In this document: one piece after another, positions 24,721 to 36,205 of the stretch
Layout of the letters: every line of letters begins with the position of its first letter
How positions within the stretch are numbered: position 1 is the stretch's first letter
From: Octopus sinensis
Taxonomy: Eukaryota
Reading direction: 5' to 3'
Assembly (NCBI RefSeq): GCF_006345805.1
Contig: NC_042999.1
Coordinates: 159,464,001-159,528,000 of the forward strand
Length of the DNA stretch: 64,000 nt
Notes under the pieces: generated by a model
Told to the model about the DNA's origin: nothing
What the model saw: only the letters and a program-made list of their open reading frames with translations
The model's database searches: none
Made by a program: the position numbers and the translations under genes

Positions 24721-25290
24721 TATGAATGTATTCGGAAAGTTTTGAAGCTTTTCCAAGGGACATGTATTAATTTCAAAGAAGTAAAAAATTCTAATCCCCT
24801 TCAAAGTAAGATTCCCTGAATTTAATGCACTTGTTACAGTGCTCCAGCTACGTCGTGAAAGTCCCATAAGATGCCTCTCAAAGTGAAGGTGTTCGAGGTT
24901 TATGTCACAGCTTCCTTCATCTTTTTGTTCAGACGGGGAGCAACCAAACGTCACAGGGAGCAAGGTCTGGATTGTAGAGATTGTGAGCGTGAGTTTTGAT
25001 GTCTATCTCTGTCAAGTAGTTAGTTACCAGAATGGAATTGTGGACTGGTGCATTGTTCTAGAATAGGTACCACCGACCAGAATGGAAGAGACCTGGCTTT
25101 TTGCGACGAATTTTTTTCCTGAACTCCCTTAAAATCTTTACAATATACTCTTTGTTGACTCTCTGGTTTGGTGAAATCCAGTGGGTATAAATGCTGCTTT
25201 TACTGTCGAAAGAAGAGTATGATCAAGGGCTTCCTGGCTGACTTGCTTTGCATGGCCTTTTGGGCCAAGGAAAAACAGATGTTCAGATTA
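24721..25290 (-). mobile_element. Mariner transposase C-terminal relic
   Basis: Minus-strand translation gives VNKEYIVKILREFRKKIRRKKPGLF..NAPVHNSILVTNYL..PDLAPCD..YFEGD, with stops and frameshifts. Confidence 0.75.
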
Positions 25291-25335
25291 TGCAAGTTAA
25301 TCCATAAACATAGTCTGGAGCATTTCATATGTTTC

Positions 25336-25933
25336 TTATTTCTTTATGGCCCACAAGGAGCTAAATATAGAGGGGACAAACAAGGACAGCCAAAGGGTCT
25401 AGGTCGATTACAAAGACCCCTGTGCGTAACTTGTACTTAATTTATCGACCCCGAATGGTTGAAAGGCAAGTCGACCTCGGCGGAATTTGAACTCAGAACG
25501 TAACGGCAGACGAAATACCTATTTCTTTATTACCCACAAGAGCTAAATATAGAGGGGACAAACAAGGACAGACATAGGTATTAAGTCGATGACATCGACC
25601 CCAGTGCGTAACTGGTACTTAATTTATCGACCCCGAAAGGATGAAAGGCAAAGTCGACCTAGGCGGAATTTGAACTCAGAACGTATGGGCAGACGAAATA
25701 CCTATTTCTTTCTACCCATAAGGGGCTAAACACAGACAGGACAAACAAGGACAGACAAACGGATTAAGTCGATTATATCGATCCCAGTGCGTAACTGGTA
25801 CTTATTTAATCGACCCCGAGAGGATGGAAGGCAAAGTCGACTTCGGCGGAATTTGAACTCAGAACGTAACGGCAGACGAAATACCGCTAAGCATTTCGCC
25901 CGGCGTGCTAACGATTCTGCCAGCTCACCGCGT
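25336..25933 (-). mobile_element. SINE family C, one head and three tandem bodies of mixed subtype
   Basis: Units at about 25336, 25518 and 25701; head at about 25885-25932. Junctions read GGCAGACGAAATAC|CTATTTC. Confidence 0.9.
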
Positions 25934-26553
25934 TATGTTCATGTTTCATTCATACGTTTCTGCATTTCATATGTTTCTGTTGCGATTTTACCCAGTTTAA
26001 CGCAATTTTTGAAAAACAGTGTTTAGCAAGGTGTATTCAAAGTGTTGTTATAGCCATCTTCTTTAACCTGGAATAATAAAAGTTGGTAAGTCAGCTTAGA
26101 TAAAGTTACAATAATCTAGGGTATTTATAATTGCCTTTCCTAAAAAAAAAGGGTTTGAAGTTTCTGGAGAGAGTATGTGTGTGTGTGAACGCGCGCGTGC
26201 GTGCGTGCGTGTGTTTATGTGTGTGCACGCGTATGTGTGTGTACGTATGTGTCTGTGTGTGTGTGTGTGTGTGTGTGTCAACGCGAACACATCATCAGAA
26301 AGATAGAGTAACATTCTATTTTGAATGTGATAAGCATCTGGTACTTCTAGGACCTGCGTTGTTTTTCAACATTATAATTAGTTAGTAATCCCTTATAATT
26401 AGTAATAACCCTAACCCCTTCACCAGTAACACCATTCTTAAATATTCAAAATAGTTGTAAAATAGTTGCATCCTCTGCTTCAGCTGATATGATGTATCAA
26501 TGATATATACGTTTTGGCAAATTTCAGTTCTTTTGGGAAGTAAATTGAATTAT

Positions 26554-26941
26554 GTGGAGGCGCAATGGCCCAGTGGTTAGGGCAGCGGACTCGCGGTCAT
26601 AGGATCGCGGATTCGATTTCCGGACCGGGCGTCGTGAGTGTTTATTGAGCGAAAACACCTAAAGCTCCACGAGGCTCCGGCAGGGGGTGGTGGCGATCCC
26701 TGCTGTACTCTTTCACCACAACTTTCTCTCACTCTTACTTCCTGTTTCTGTTGTACCTGTATTTCAAAGGGCCGGCCTTGTCACTCTCTGTGTCACGCTG
26801 AATATCCCCGAGAACTACGTTAAGGGTACACGTGTCTGTGGAGTGCTCAGCCACTTACACGTTAATTTCACGAGCAGGCTGTTCCGTTGATTCGGATCAA
26901 CCAGAACCCTCATCGTCGTAACCGACGGAGTGCTTCCATCC
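26554..26941 (+). mobile_element. SINE family A, full length
   Basis: 12-bp TSD AAATTGAATTAT (26542-26553 and 26942-26953), (TCCA)n tail. Confidence 0.9.
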
Positions 26942-28314
26942 AAATTGAATTATCTAATCTATGAACCAAGCGACGGTCTATTTTGAAGGGAATATACAAT
27001 GTAGATATTTGAAATGCCTCCTATAATGCACGTGTCTTCTGCCAGTGTAAAAGCTAAGCTATATATTCACCACAGCTGGAGCATTTAACATCCATTTTCC
27101 TGAGATAGTTCGCTTGTAATGTTGATTCTTCAAATTCAGAAAATATGCTTTGAAACATTCCCCGTTTCTTTTCTTCTATGTCATTTTAGCCCTCTTTTTT
27201 GTAATTCACTGCAGTTCCTTTGCAATATGTCTTTGTCTATCTGCTTTTTGTCAATAACAATTCCAAGTTTCATGAACACTTTTAGTAGCCGATCTATTAA
27301 TTAATCGTTATTTTAATACCTACTTTTGGTTTTGCAAGAAACGATGTCCGTGCGTTTGTGATTTCACTAGCAAACAACGCTGTTTTGTTTGCGAAACAGA
27401 TATGGAGAAACTCAAGGGAAAGGATGCATCAGTTCTAAGTATGGAATACATAAAATTATGAGCTGTGAACCGAACTTCTAAAATATGTGGCTACGGCATT
27501 GTAATGTGGTAATAGCTGTTCATAAAGAAATAAGAGAACAAAATGAAACAAATAAGTATGTGTGTGAGCAGAGAGAAGAACGATAATTAGTGTGTATATA
27601 TATATATATATCAGTGGTATGCAGTCGGGTCATGCTAGTCATGCACTGCATGTCTGTTGATTTTTATATAACTCAAAAATCAATTTAAGACCGTAATGTA
27701 TTTATAACCGCATTGAAAAGTTGTCCAGATCATTGGAAACTGAGCTAAAATAGTTACTTTGTTTCAAAGGAAACCCGTCCAGATTGATATTTCGCTATGT
27801 TTCCATTTTGCTTCCACTAGGCATGCTTAAAGAAAAACGCATATGAAATGTTTTGTCCCCCACTTTCTATGTTTCGATAACTCTCATTTCAATGCCTGTA
27901 AGATTCTTTTTGATCTCGATGAAATAACTACGGAAGGCATGCTTTCAGGAAAACGCATGTTTTGGCTTTCCCTCCCTTTCTACCAGTTTTTTTTTTTTGT
28001 CAACACTTCTTTGCAATTGATGTCGCTAACCCAGCAGGCTAAATGGTTGAATGCGTTTGGTTTTTGACCCTTAAAAATTCTGACCAAGACATATCAACAA
28101 TCCCATAATTCTTAATTAGTCATCTCAAATGTCGCCGTGACTTTGTAGTATCTATTTCGCTCTGCCGTAAGTTTTGAAATTATTATCATTAACCATCATC
28201 TCTGTATTGAACAAAAATTCTGAAATCAGAAATATAATATAGCTAATCAATATTTCGTTGAGTTACTGAAATTATCTTTCCGTTTTGCTGAAAATGATTT
28301 ACAGTTCACGATCG

Positions 28315-28503
28315 CAGTAAAATGAGGTGTACTGTGACAAAGTGAATTTATAGTGTTCATTTTCTTTTTCAACTGAAAGTGTTTTTTGTTTTTTTTTCAA
28401 CAAAATGAAACTTGAAAGTTACAAAAAATATGAGTGCTGAAATAAGTCGAATCTCCAACAAACTCTTTTTAACAACTTTGTCACAGTATACCTCATTTTA
28501 CTG
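28315..28503. mobile_element. MITE-like element with ~30-bp TIRs
   Basis: CAGTAAAATGAGGTGTACTGTGACAAAGT and ACTTTGTCACAGTATACCTCATTTTACTG; no clear TSD. Confidence 0.6.
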
Positions 28504-28574
28504 AGGGAAATTTCTTGAAAGAAATCTTTGTAGATTGATTACAGATTTATTTATTTATTTTCGCGCAGTTTTAA

Positions 28575-28670
28575 GGCGGCGAGCTAGCATAAACGTTAGA
28601 ACGCCGGGCGAATTACTTAACGATATTTTATCCGTCTTTACGTTCTGAGTTCAAATTCCACCAAGGTCGG
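28575..28670 (+). mobile_element. SINE family C head fragment, diverged
   Basis: ggcggcgagctagc..gttagaacgccgggcgaa..gttctgagttcaaattcc. Confidence 0.7.
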
Positions 28671-28689
28671 AAGAAATCCGCCACCCACA

Positions 28690-29095
28690 ATAGAAACAGC
28701 TACAGCTTAGTGAACGCATAGAAAGGTGTACTAGGAACATTAATCCTAATTTCCTAATTTTCCCCTTCTATCAATGTGCACAGAACACCTCAGTACAACA
28801 AAGAATGAATGAAGAGGCAACCTTCATCAATAAATATCTTCAACAACTCAATATGAACACATAACATAATACAGAACACAACTAACCTTTCAATTAATAC
28901 CACTAACCCCGATACATCCCATACACCGTTCACATTACAGATCTATATCTTCTCTAATTGCGCCAAATCCAGAACTACTTACCTCCCTTACACATAATCG
29001 TTTTACTCAGGGACTAGTAGACCTGACACCGTTCATTAATCGGTGTACTTTCAAAGCAATAATTAGTAAATTCACGAAACCGGTATGCTTTTGAA
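28690..29095 (+). mobile_element. Old Penelope-like 3' relic related to the fold-back family
   Basis: Translates LSERIERCTRNINPNFLIFPFYQCAQNTSVQQRMNEEATFINKY. Degenerate hammerhead AAAGCA..GAAACCGGTA TGCTTT at about 29053-29091. Confidence 0.65.
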
Positions 29096-29169
29096 TCTCT
29101 TTAACAATTCACAATAATAACTTTTATTACCTTTATTCCTACCTCAGTTCATCTAATTGTATATATTTA

Positions 29170-30449
29170 CGAGGGACGTTCAATAAGTAATGCCTCTGAC
29201 CCACTTGCAGTTGTTTGATCTAGCTGAAATGTTGTCTGTGCAATTATTTATATCTCTATAGATTAAGTGGCAAATTACAGCTCTGAAATAATTGTGGTTT
29301 CTGATTTACAGGTGTTTGAACTGAGTCAAATGTGAAATGGAGCCTGTTGAGTGTCGAGCAGTGATCCGGTTTTTGTATTTGAAAGGACGCACACCACGGG
29401 AGACATTTGATGAAATGAAAGTAACTTATGGTGATGATGCCCCATCATATGACCTTGTAAAACGCTGGCATCGTGAATTCAAACATGGTCGGAACTCTGT
29501 GGAAACAGCTCCCAGATCTGGTCGCCCCCTTCTGCCATTGATGAGGCATCTGTCCGTCAAGTTGAGGCTGCCATTTTGGAAGATCGACGCATAACAATTC
29601 GCCAAATAGCCCATCAGGTCAAGATTAGTACCGGGTCTGTAGAAACTATCATTCATGACCATTTGGATATGCAAAAGGTGTCTGCCAGATGGATTCCCAG
29701 GTTGCTCACACCTTTCCAGAAGCAAGAACGCGTCGAGTGCTCGAGGATGAATTTGGAGATGTGCCAAGATGAGTCAAAATTTTTCAAAAGACTGATTACA
29801 CAGGATGAAACCTGGGTCCATCACTATGATCCAGAGACCAAAGCCCAGTCAATGCAGTGGAAGCACCGTGACTCACCTCCTCCAAAGAAGGCAAGGGTGC
29901 AGCCCTTCGCTGGCAAGGACATGCTCACAGTCTTCTGGGAACAGGATGGAGTAGTGATGACAGATTTCCCGGCAAAGGGTACCATAATTACAGGAGCCTA
30001 TTATGCTTCACTTTTGAGGAAATTAAGAGAAGCTATCAAAATCAAGAGGCGGGGCAAGATCAGAATAGGCATCCTCCTCCTGCAGGACAACGCTCCGGTC
30101 CACAACTCGCGTGTCGCCAGATCAGAAGCACAGGCGTGCGGCTATGAACTCCTCCCCAACTCTCCTGACCTTGAACCCTCTGATTTTCACCTCTTCCCAG
30201 CTATGAAGTTGTTTCTGAAGTGAAAGCGTTTCACAGATGATGCAGCCTTGATTTCTGAAGTCACGTCGTGGTTGGAGGACCACGCTGGGGTCTTCTACAA
30301 AAACGGTCTCCAGAGCTGCATCAAACAATGGGAGAAATGCGTAACTCTGGGTAATTCCTATGTAGAAAAATACTAATAACTGTGCCAAGTTTCGTTGCTC
30401 TACTGCAATGGGAAGTGGGTCAGGGGTATTACTTATTGAACGCCCCTCG
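29170..30449 (+). mobile_element. Full-length mariner-like element (1280 bp)
   Basis: TA TSD at 29168-29169 and 30450-30451; ~37-bp TIRs (CGAGGGRCGTTCAATAAGTAAT..). Confidence 0.95.
29337..30376 (+). pseudogene. Mariner transposase, frameshifted with an internal stop
   Basis: HTH N-terminus, RWIPRLL, ITQDETW, LQDNAP, SPDLEPSDFHLF. Frameshift near 29530, stop at 30221-30223, shortened HPPYSPDL motif. Confidence 0.92.
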
Positions 30450-30543
30450 TATCGTTACTTTTCATAAAAAGCCTTTACTTCTTTTTTTTTTTTTTTTTTT
30501 GATTTCCAATGTGCATTATCGCTTACTTTCCCCCTATACATAC

Positions 30544-30587
<44 letters not shown>

Positions 30588-31367
30588 TTCCTGATGTGAA
30601 ATCGTTCAAACATATTGTTGTATTTTGGGATGGTCTTCTTTTTTTCCAGATAAACATACGCATTATATATCTGTTCTCCACTCCTTTATTACTTTTTTTT
30701 AACTCTTGCCCATTGTCCGGGAGTCTTTCGTCACACATCTGTGAACTCTTCAGCGAAACTTTTTGTTTTCATGTGTGCTCTTGCACCACTTACTCCATTC
30801 TCAGACTGGGCCTGTTGAGGGAAAGAAATTACGGCGTATTTATGTGTTGTGATCCTGATTTGGGTAGGAGACGTATGACCCTTTGTTCTAGCCATTGATG
30901 AATTCTGAAACTAATGTTTAAGTCATCTGAGCAATGTTGGTGGTATATTCTCCACATCGTGCAAATGATGTATCGCTGACGGCGGCGCTGAAAAGAGTAA
31001 AGTTTTAATGTTTTATGGCGGTCTCAGCAATTGAGATCAGTCATGCACCTAGTTTTATATTATCCATGCCCTTATGCAATTATGTTTGTAAGTATGGCAA
31101 TTGAAACATGTGTTGCTTTTAAAAGGCGGTATATAATTATGGAATTAAAGGAAATGCTATTGCTACTTCAAAGTAATCCTTATTTCTAATATATATATAT
31201 ATATAAGAGAGAGAGAGAGACGTATAGAGATTAAACACTACATTTGAGACTCACAAGTGCAAAATTCAATATATTGAATTGAAAGCTTCAAACAAACCTT
31301 TTGAAATTGAAACACGTATGAGTGAAGAATTTAATACGACCAAAATGTCAGTGTTAAGAATTATAAT

Positions 31368-31441
<74 letters not shown>

Positions 31442-31589
31442 CAAAAATGAAGCGTAAATTTGAAAACTGAAATCTATGTAAGTGAAAAGAGCAGTATATG
31501 TGCGAAATAGGAAGATAAATCAACTGATTTGTTATATGTATGATACATGTGTCTTTCTGTGTGTATGTATGCATGTTTTATATATGTGT

Positions 31590-31762
31590 GTATGTGTATG
31601 TAATATTTATCTATATTTGTGTATATGGATATATATATATATATATATATAATATATATATGTGTGTGTGTGTGTGTGTATGGATATATATATATATAAT
31701 TATATATATGTGTGTGCGTGTGTATGTAATCTTTATCTATATTTGTGTATATGGATATATAT

Positions 31763-31803
<41 letters not shown>

Positions 31804-31914
31804 ATGGATATATATATATATATAATTATATATATGTGTGTGCGTGTGTATGTAATCTATATCTATATTTGTGTATATGGATATATATATGTGTGTGTGT
31901 GTGTGTGTTTGTGT

Positions 31915-31970
<56 letters not shown>

Positions 31971-31975
31971 ATATG
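31590..31975. repeat. Composite minisatellite (about 125-bp period, three copies) built from TA/TG tracts
   Basis: tgtatgtaat..ttatctatatttgtgtatatggatat recurs at about 31594, 31721 and 31847. Confidence 0.8.
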
Positions 31976-32015
31976 TATATTTAAATTCCTATAACCGGTA
32001 GGAATTGAAAAGAAA

Positions 32016-32400
32016 TCTCTCTCTATATAAACGGCAGTTTGTCTGTGCGTGTTTCTGTGTGTCTGTTTGCTTGTACCCTCACCCTGACCACGGCTTTCAA
32101 CCGATTCTGATGAAACTTGACACACACATAGCCCAATGTCATAATTCAAAACTAACGCAGCGAAAATTTTGAAAAGTTCCCCCAGTTCTGAAAAAAATCG
32201 ATAAATTCGACATGGGGTCGAGAATCAGAAACACAAACCACAAACTGTCTAGGGGACGCAACTCCACCTTTTTTAAATCTCAAAAAAAATTTACCATAAT
32301 TTTTTTTCCATTTTTTTGCTATTTTTTTGCTATAACTCTCTAAAAATGCTTTATAGTTATTTCCCTTACAAACCTGAGCAACGCCGGGCGATACTGCTAG
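32016..32400 (+). mobile_element. Non-autonomous Helitron sharing its 3' end with the 14636/19984 family but with a different 5' half
   Basis: A|TCTCTCTCTATATAAAC.. start; ttatttcccttacaaacctgagcaacgccgggcgatactgCTAG|T end. Confidence 0.8.
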
Positions 32401-32571
32401 TCTGAGATAAAAGGAGCAATATGAAAAGAAAACCGGAGCGAAATTTTTGAAAGTATGTAAATATAACAACTTGGTGTTATATTTATACATTCATGTACAT
32501 CTGCATGTGTGCTGCATATTCAAGTCACATGCACGCATACACCTAGAAACATGTATAGATATAAAACTATA

Positions 32572-32980
32572 TAGGCGCAGGAGTGGCTGTGTGGTAAGTA
32601 GCTTGCTAACCAACCACATAGTTCCGGGTTCAGTCCTACTGCGTGGCATCTTAGGCAAGTGTCTTCTGCTATAGCCCCGGGCCGACCAATGCCTTGTAAG
32701 TGGATTTGGTAGACGGAAACTGAAAGAAGCCTGTCGTATATATGTATATATATGTATATGTATGTGTGTGTTTGTGTGTCTGTGTTTGTACCCCTAGCAT
32801 TGCTTGACAACCGATGCTGGTGTGTTTACGTCCACGTCACTTAGCGGTTCGGCAAAAGAGACCGATAGAATAAGTACTGGGCTTACAAAGAATAAGTCTA
32901 GGGGTCGATTTGCTCGACTAAAGTCGGTGCTGCAGCATGGCCGCAGTCAAATGACTGAAACAAGTAAAAGAGTAAAAGAG
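32572..32980 (+). mobile_element. SINE family B, full length
   Basis: Aligns to the other copies. Confidence 0.9.
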
Positions 32981-33249
32981 TATATGTATATGTGTGTGTG
33001 TTTATGTGCAAGTGTGTACACGTAAATCGATGGTTATATGTATTTTATATATTTACACACACACACACACACATCCATCACACACACATTCATACACCCA
33101 CATTCATACACATACGCACAAACACCAACACATGCGCACGCGCACATACACACATATGTATACTGTTCTATAATTAAAAGTATATAAATCTATAGAGATT
33201 TCGGGTTTCTTCAACGCATGTACCCTGAAGAAGTGACATCGTTACCACC

Positions 33250-33280
<31 letters not shown>

Positions 33281-34539
33281 ACCTAGCGCTAACTAAATTC
33301 GAAGTGGAGTTATCTCCGGAAGTGATAACTTTTCAAGTACATGCATGTACGTGCCAATTCGATAATTTACTGTGTATGCATATATGTATATAAAATACGC
33401 AGGTATATGTGTGATAGAGGGGCGGTGAGTGTCTATGTTTATACATTTACTTATAGAATTTGCACATACGTATATATAAGGGAGACTTACTATATGTATG
33501 TAATATATAGATATATTAATTCTCTGTTTGAATTTGGATTTTGGGGGTTTTTTTCTCATTTTTGTTATGAAATGGTAATGTGTTCCGGCGGATATCTTCG
33601 TATGCATGAAAATAACAAGTGCGATGTGTGAATAAAAGCGTTTGAAGTGAAATACGTTCGGGAATAAGCTATAATTGTAAATATCATAACAGAGTACGTT
33701 CTTATGGCAAAAGCTGTTGCCTGTTGTGTGGGGGATATTGGTGGCGGTAGAATGAGAGTTACTGAGAGGATGGGGAATACTCACTTCTGCCTTATAGTAC
33801 ATCATCATTAACACCCTTTTAATGGGCAAAATATTATCTAAAATTGTTTGTGAGTGTGAGTGTGTGTGTGTGTGAGTGATGTATAAATTTGTGTATAATA
33901 TATTATATATCTCGAACTTTATCTTGATAGATACATACATACATAAACCAGCATGTATATAGGTTCATAAATATGTACGCGCACGCACGCACACACGCGC
34001 GCGCATACGCACACACACGTGTCATTTTAACTTTTCATCATGGATTGCAGCTATGCTGGAGCAACGCCTCTAAGGGCTTTACTCGAACAAATTGAACCGT
34101 GTATATGTATTCTTATAAATCACATGGTGTGTCACCCCAAATCCCCGATTGGCAACCGGTGTAGGTTTATTTATACTCATGCAACTTAACAGTTCTGTAA
34201 AAGTAACCCATAAATTAACTACTCGACATTAAGTACTGAGGTAGATTTTTTCGACTAAACGCTTTAATCCAATGCACCGACATTCATACATCAAGATATA
34301 TAAATATAGGCGTTTTTTTATTCATATATATATATATATATATATATATGAAGAAAAAAATGGAGTTAACGCAGGTGTAATCAAATATTTTTACTTTCGA
34401 CACATGTTTCGAAAATTCCACTGATACTATTCAAAAGTTACAACACCTTTACTTGTGAGATTTTTGCTGCCCTGGTAACTATTTATTTTTTTTTCCGTGT
34501 TAATTGTTAACAAGGTAAAAATACACTCATCTATTTATT

Positions 34540-34594
<55 letters not shown>

Positions 34595-34601
<7 letters not shown>

Positions 34602-35121
34602 AAAAGCTGAAATGCGAAAAAGTTGTTTTCTCATTTTGGGATCGGAACGGCTTAAGAGCCAGTAGATGGGGTCGTATTGGCGCCAAAATTTGCAGGGACG
34701 TGCAAAAAGAGGCGAGGAAGCGACTTGACTAGGTTAGAAACCCACATCTCAAAAGTTGTGGTTACTAGGGCAACAAAACTCAGACTTTGACAAGTGTCTG
34801 TCGTTTCTCTCTTTCGGATATCACCCTGTCTTCCTCGATCTCTATCTTTCCTTCCCTTCACTTTCTCTCTATAACGACGTTTGACAGCTTCGTGACTCTG
34901 TCACTTTTTCCCACCACCTCTCTCACTGTACACCTGTCTGTATCTATAGAGAGAAAGAGTTGACAGCTGCAAAAGTTTAAATATTCCCGCCACAGAACGG
35001 GAGATATTATCGCGCCCACCACTGCACAATCATAACAGATATTATTAATCAGATATATTGTGTTAATTCATATATATATATGTGTGTAATGAATAATATA
35101 TAATGTGTATACATATATATA

Positions 35122-35174
<53 letters not shown>

Positions 35175-35540
35175 ATCTTAATATATTATCGTCATCAACC
35201 CCTAGACATTAGTGAGGATAATCAATATCTATAAAGCTAAAATGCGAAATAGTTGTTTGAGTTCTTGGTTATTTGTCTCATTTTGGGATGGGAACGGTTA
35301 GATGGGGTAGATGGGGTCGGATTGGCGCAAAAATCTACACTGGGTGGGTGGGTGGGGGTAAAATGGGGTGGGCAATGGTGTGGTGAGGGGGATTGCAAGT
35401 CGCTCGGGGCTACCGTTTGGTTGCCATGGTGAGGAATATGGGAAAAATTGAGTTTTATGGGATAGGCAGGTTGCGCTGTTTGAATAATGGTGGCTTTTCG
35501 TGTTGCTGCAGGGGCTAGAAGCGGTTATCTTTAATCTAAT
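34595..35540 (+). mobile_element. Two related degenerate elements with Helitron-like starts (about 34597 and 35228)
   Basis: Shared atct..aaagct.aaatgcgaaa.agttgttt..ctcattttgggat.ggaacgg..agatggggtcg.attggcgc; 3' ends not clear. Confidence 0.35.
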
Positions 35541-35544
35541 CTAT

Positions 35545-36205
35545 AAAAAGAAGAAAGGAGATGAACTAAGAGGGAAAGTGAGACAGGTACTAGTAAAAAC
35601 AAAGCTTCCTAAACCAAACATCACTAAGGAAAAAAAGTTCGCTACAGAGTGACAATTCCATCATAATACTTCCAGCGGACAAGGGAAATGATACAGTGGT
35701 GATAAACAAGTCTAACTACTCTGGAAAATTGGCAAGTCTTATAAGTGATGGTAGCTACAGCAAAGAAAAGAAAGACCGATCTCTGAAAACAGAGAGGAAG
35801 TTGTCACAGATCTTGATCAAGTACAAGGATCACTTTACACCAATGAAATACAAACAACTGACTCAACACCACAGTAAACTACCACACATGTACGGTCTCC
35901 CTAGGATTCACAAGGAAGGTAATCCATTAAGATATATAGTGAGCTGTAGAGGTTCAGCATGTCATCCACTGAGCCGCTTCATTGTGGATATAATCAGTCA
36001 ATTAGCAGGAAAGTCAACATCGTTTGTGAAGAATTCCACCCACTTTACAGAATTGACCAAGGATACCCCTATTGAATCCAACCAGATGGCGCGTCTAGAT
36101 GTGATAAGCCTGTTCACCAAAGTCCCAACTGGTGAAACACTATCGGTGATACAAGAAAAACTAGTGACAGACACCCATCTAAAAGAACGCACTAGTATAC
36201 CAATA
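35545..36205 (+). mobile_element. Penelope-like RT N-terminal fragment
   Basis: PHMYGLPRIHKEGNPLRYIVS..SFVKNSTHF..MARLDVISLFTKVP..LKERTS (Poseidon-type PLE RT up to motif A). Confidence 0.85.

Noticed and set aside
27060-27300. Minus-strand coding-like segment ending KCSSCGE
   Set aside because: Needs a frameshift; it weakly resembles an RLE LINE C-terminus but is too decayed to call.
30794-30987. Candidate host exon with good splice sites
   Set aside because: All three frames contain stops between the best acceptor and donor; the sub-exon alternatives cannot be resolved.
33205-33295. CTGAAGAAG...GAAAC as a hammerhead split by (TA)n
   Set aside because: Stems I and III cannot be formed convincingly.
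33293-33940. 215-aa minus-strand ORF
   Set aside because: Low-complexity AT-rich sequence that begins in microsatellite-like repeats and has no recognisable domain or splice support.
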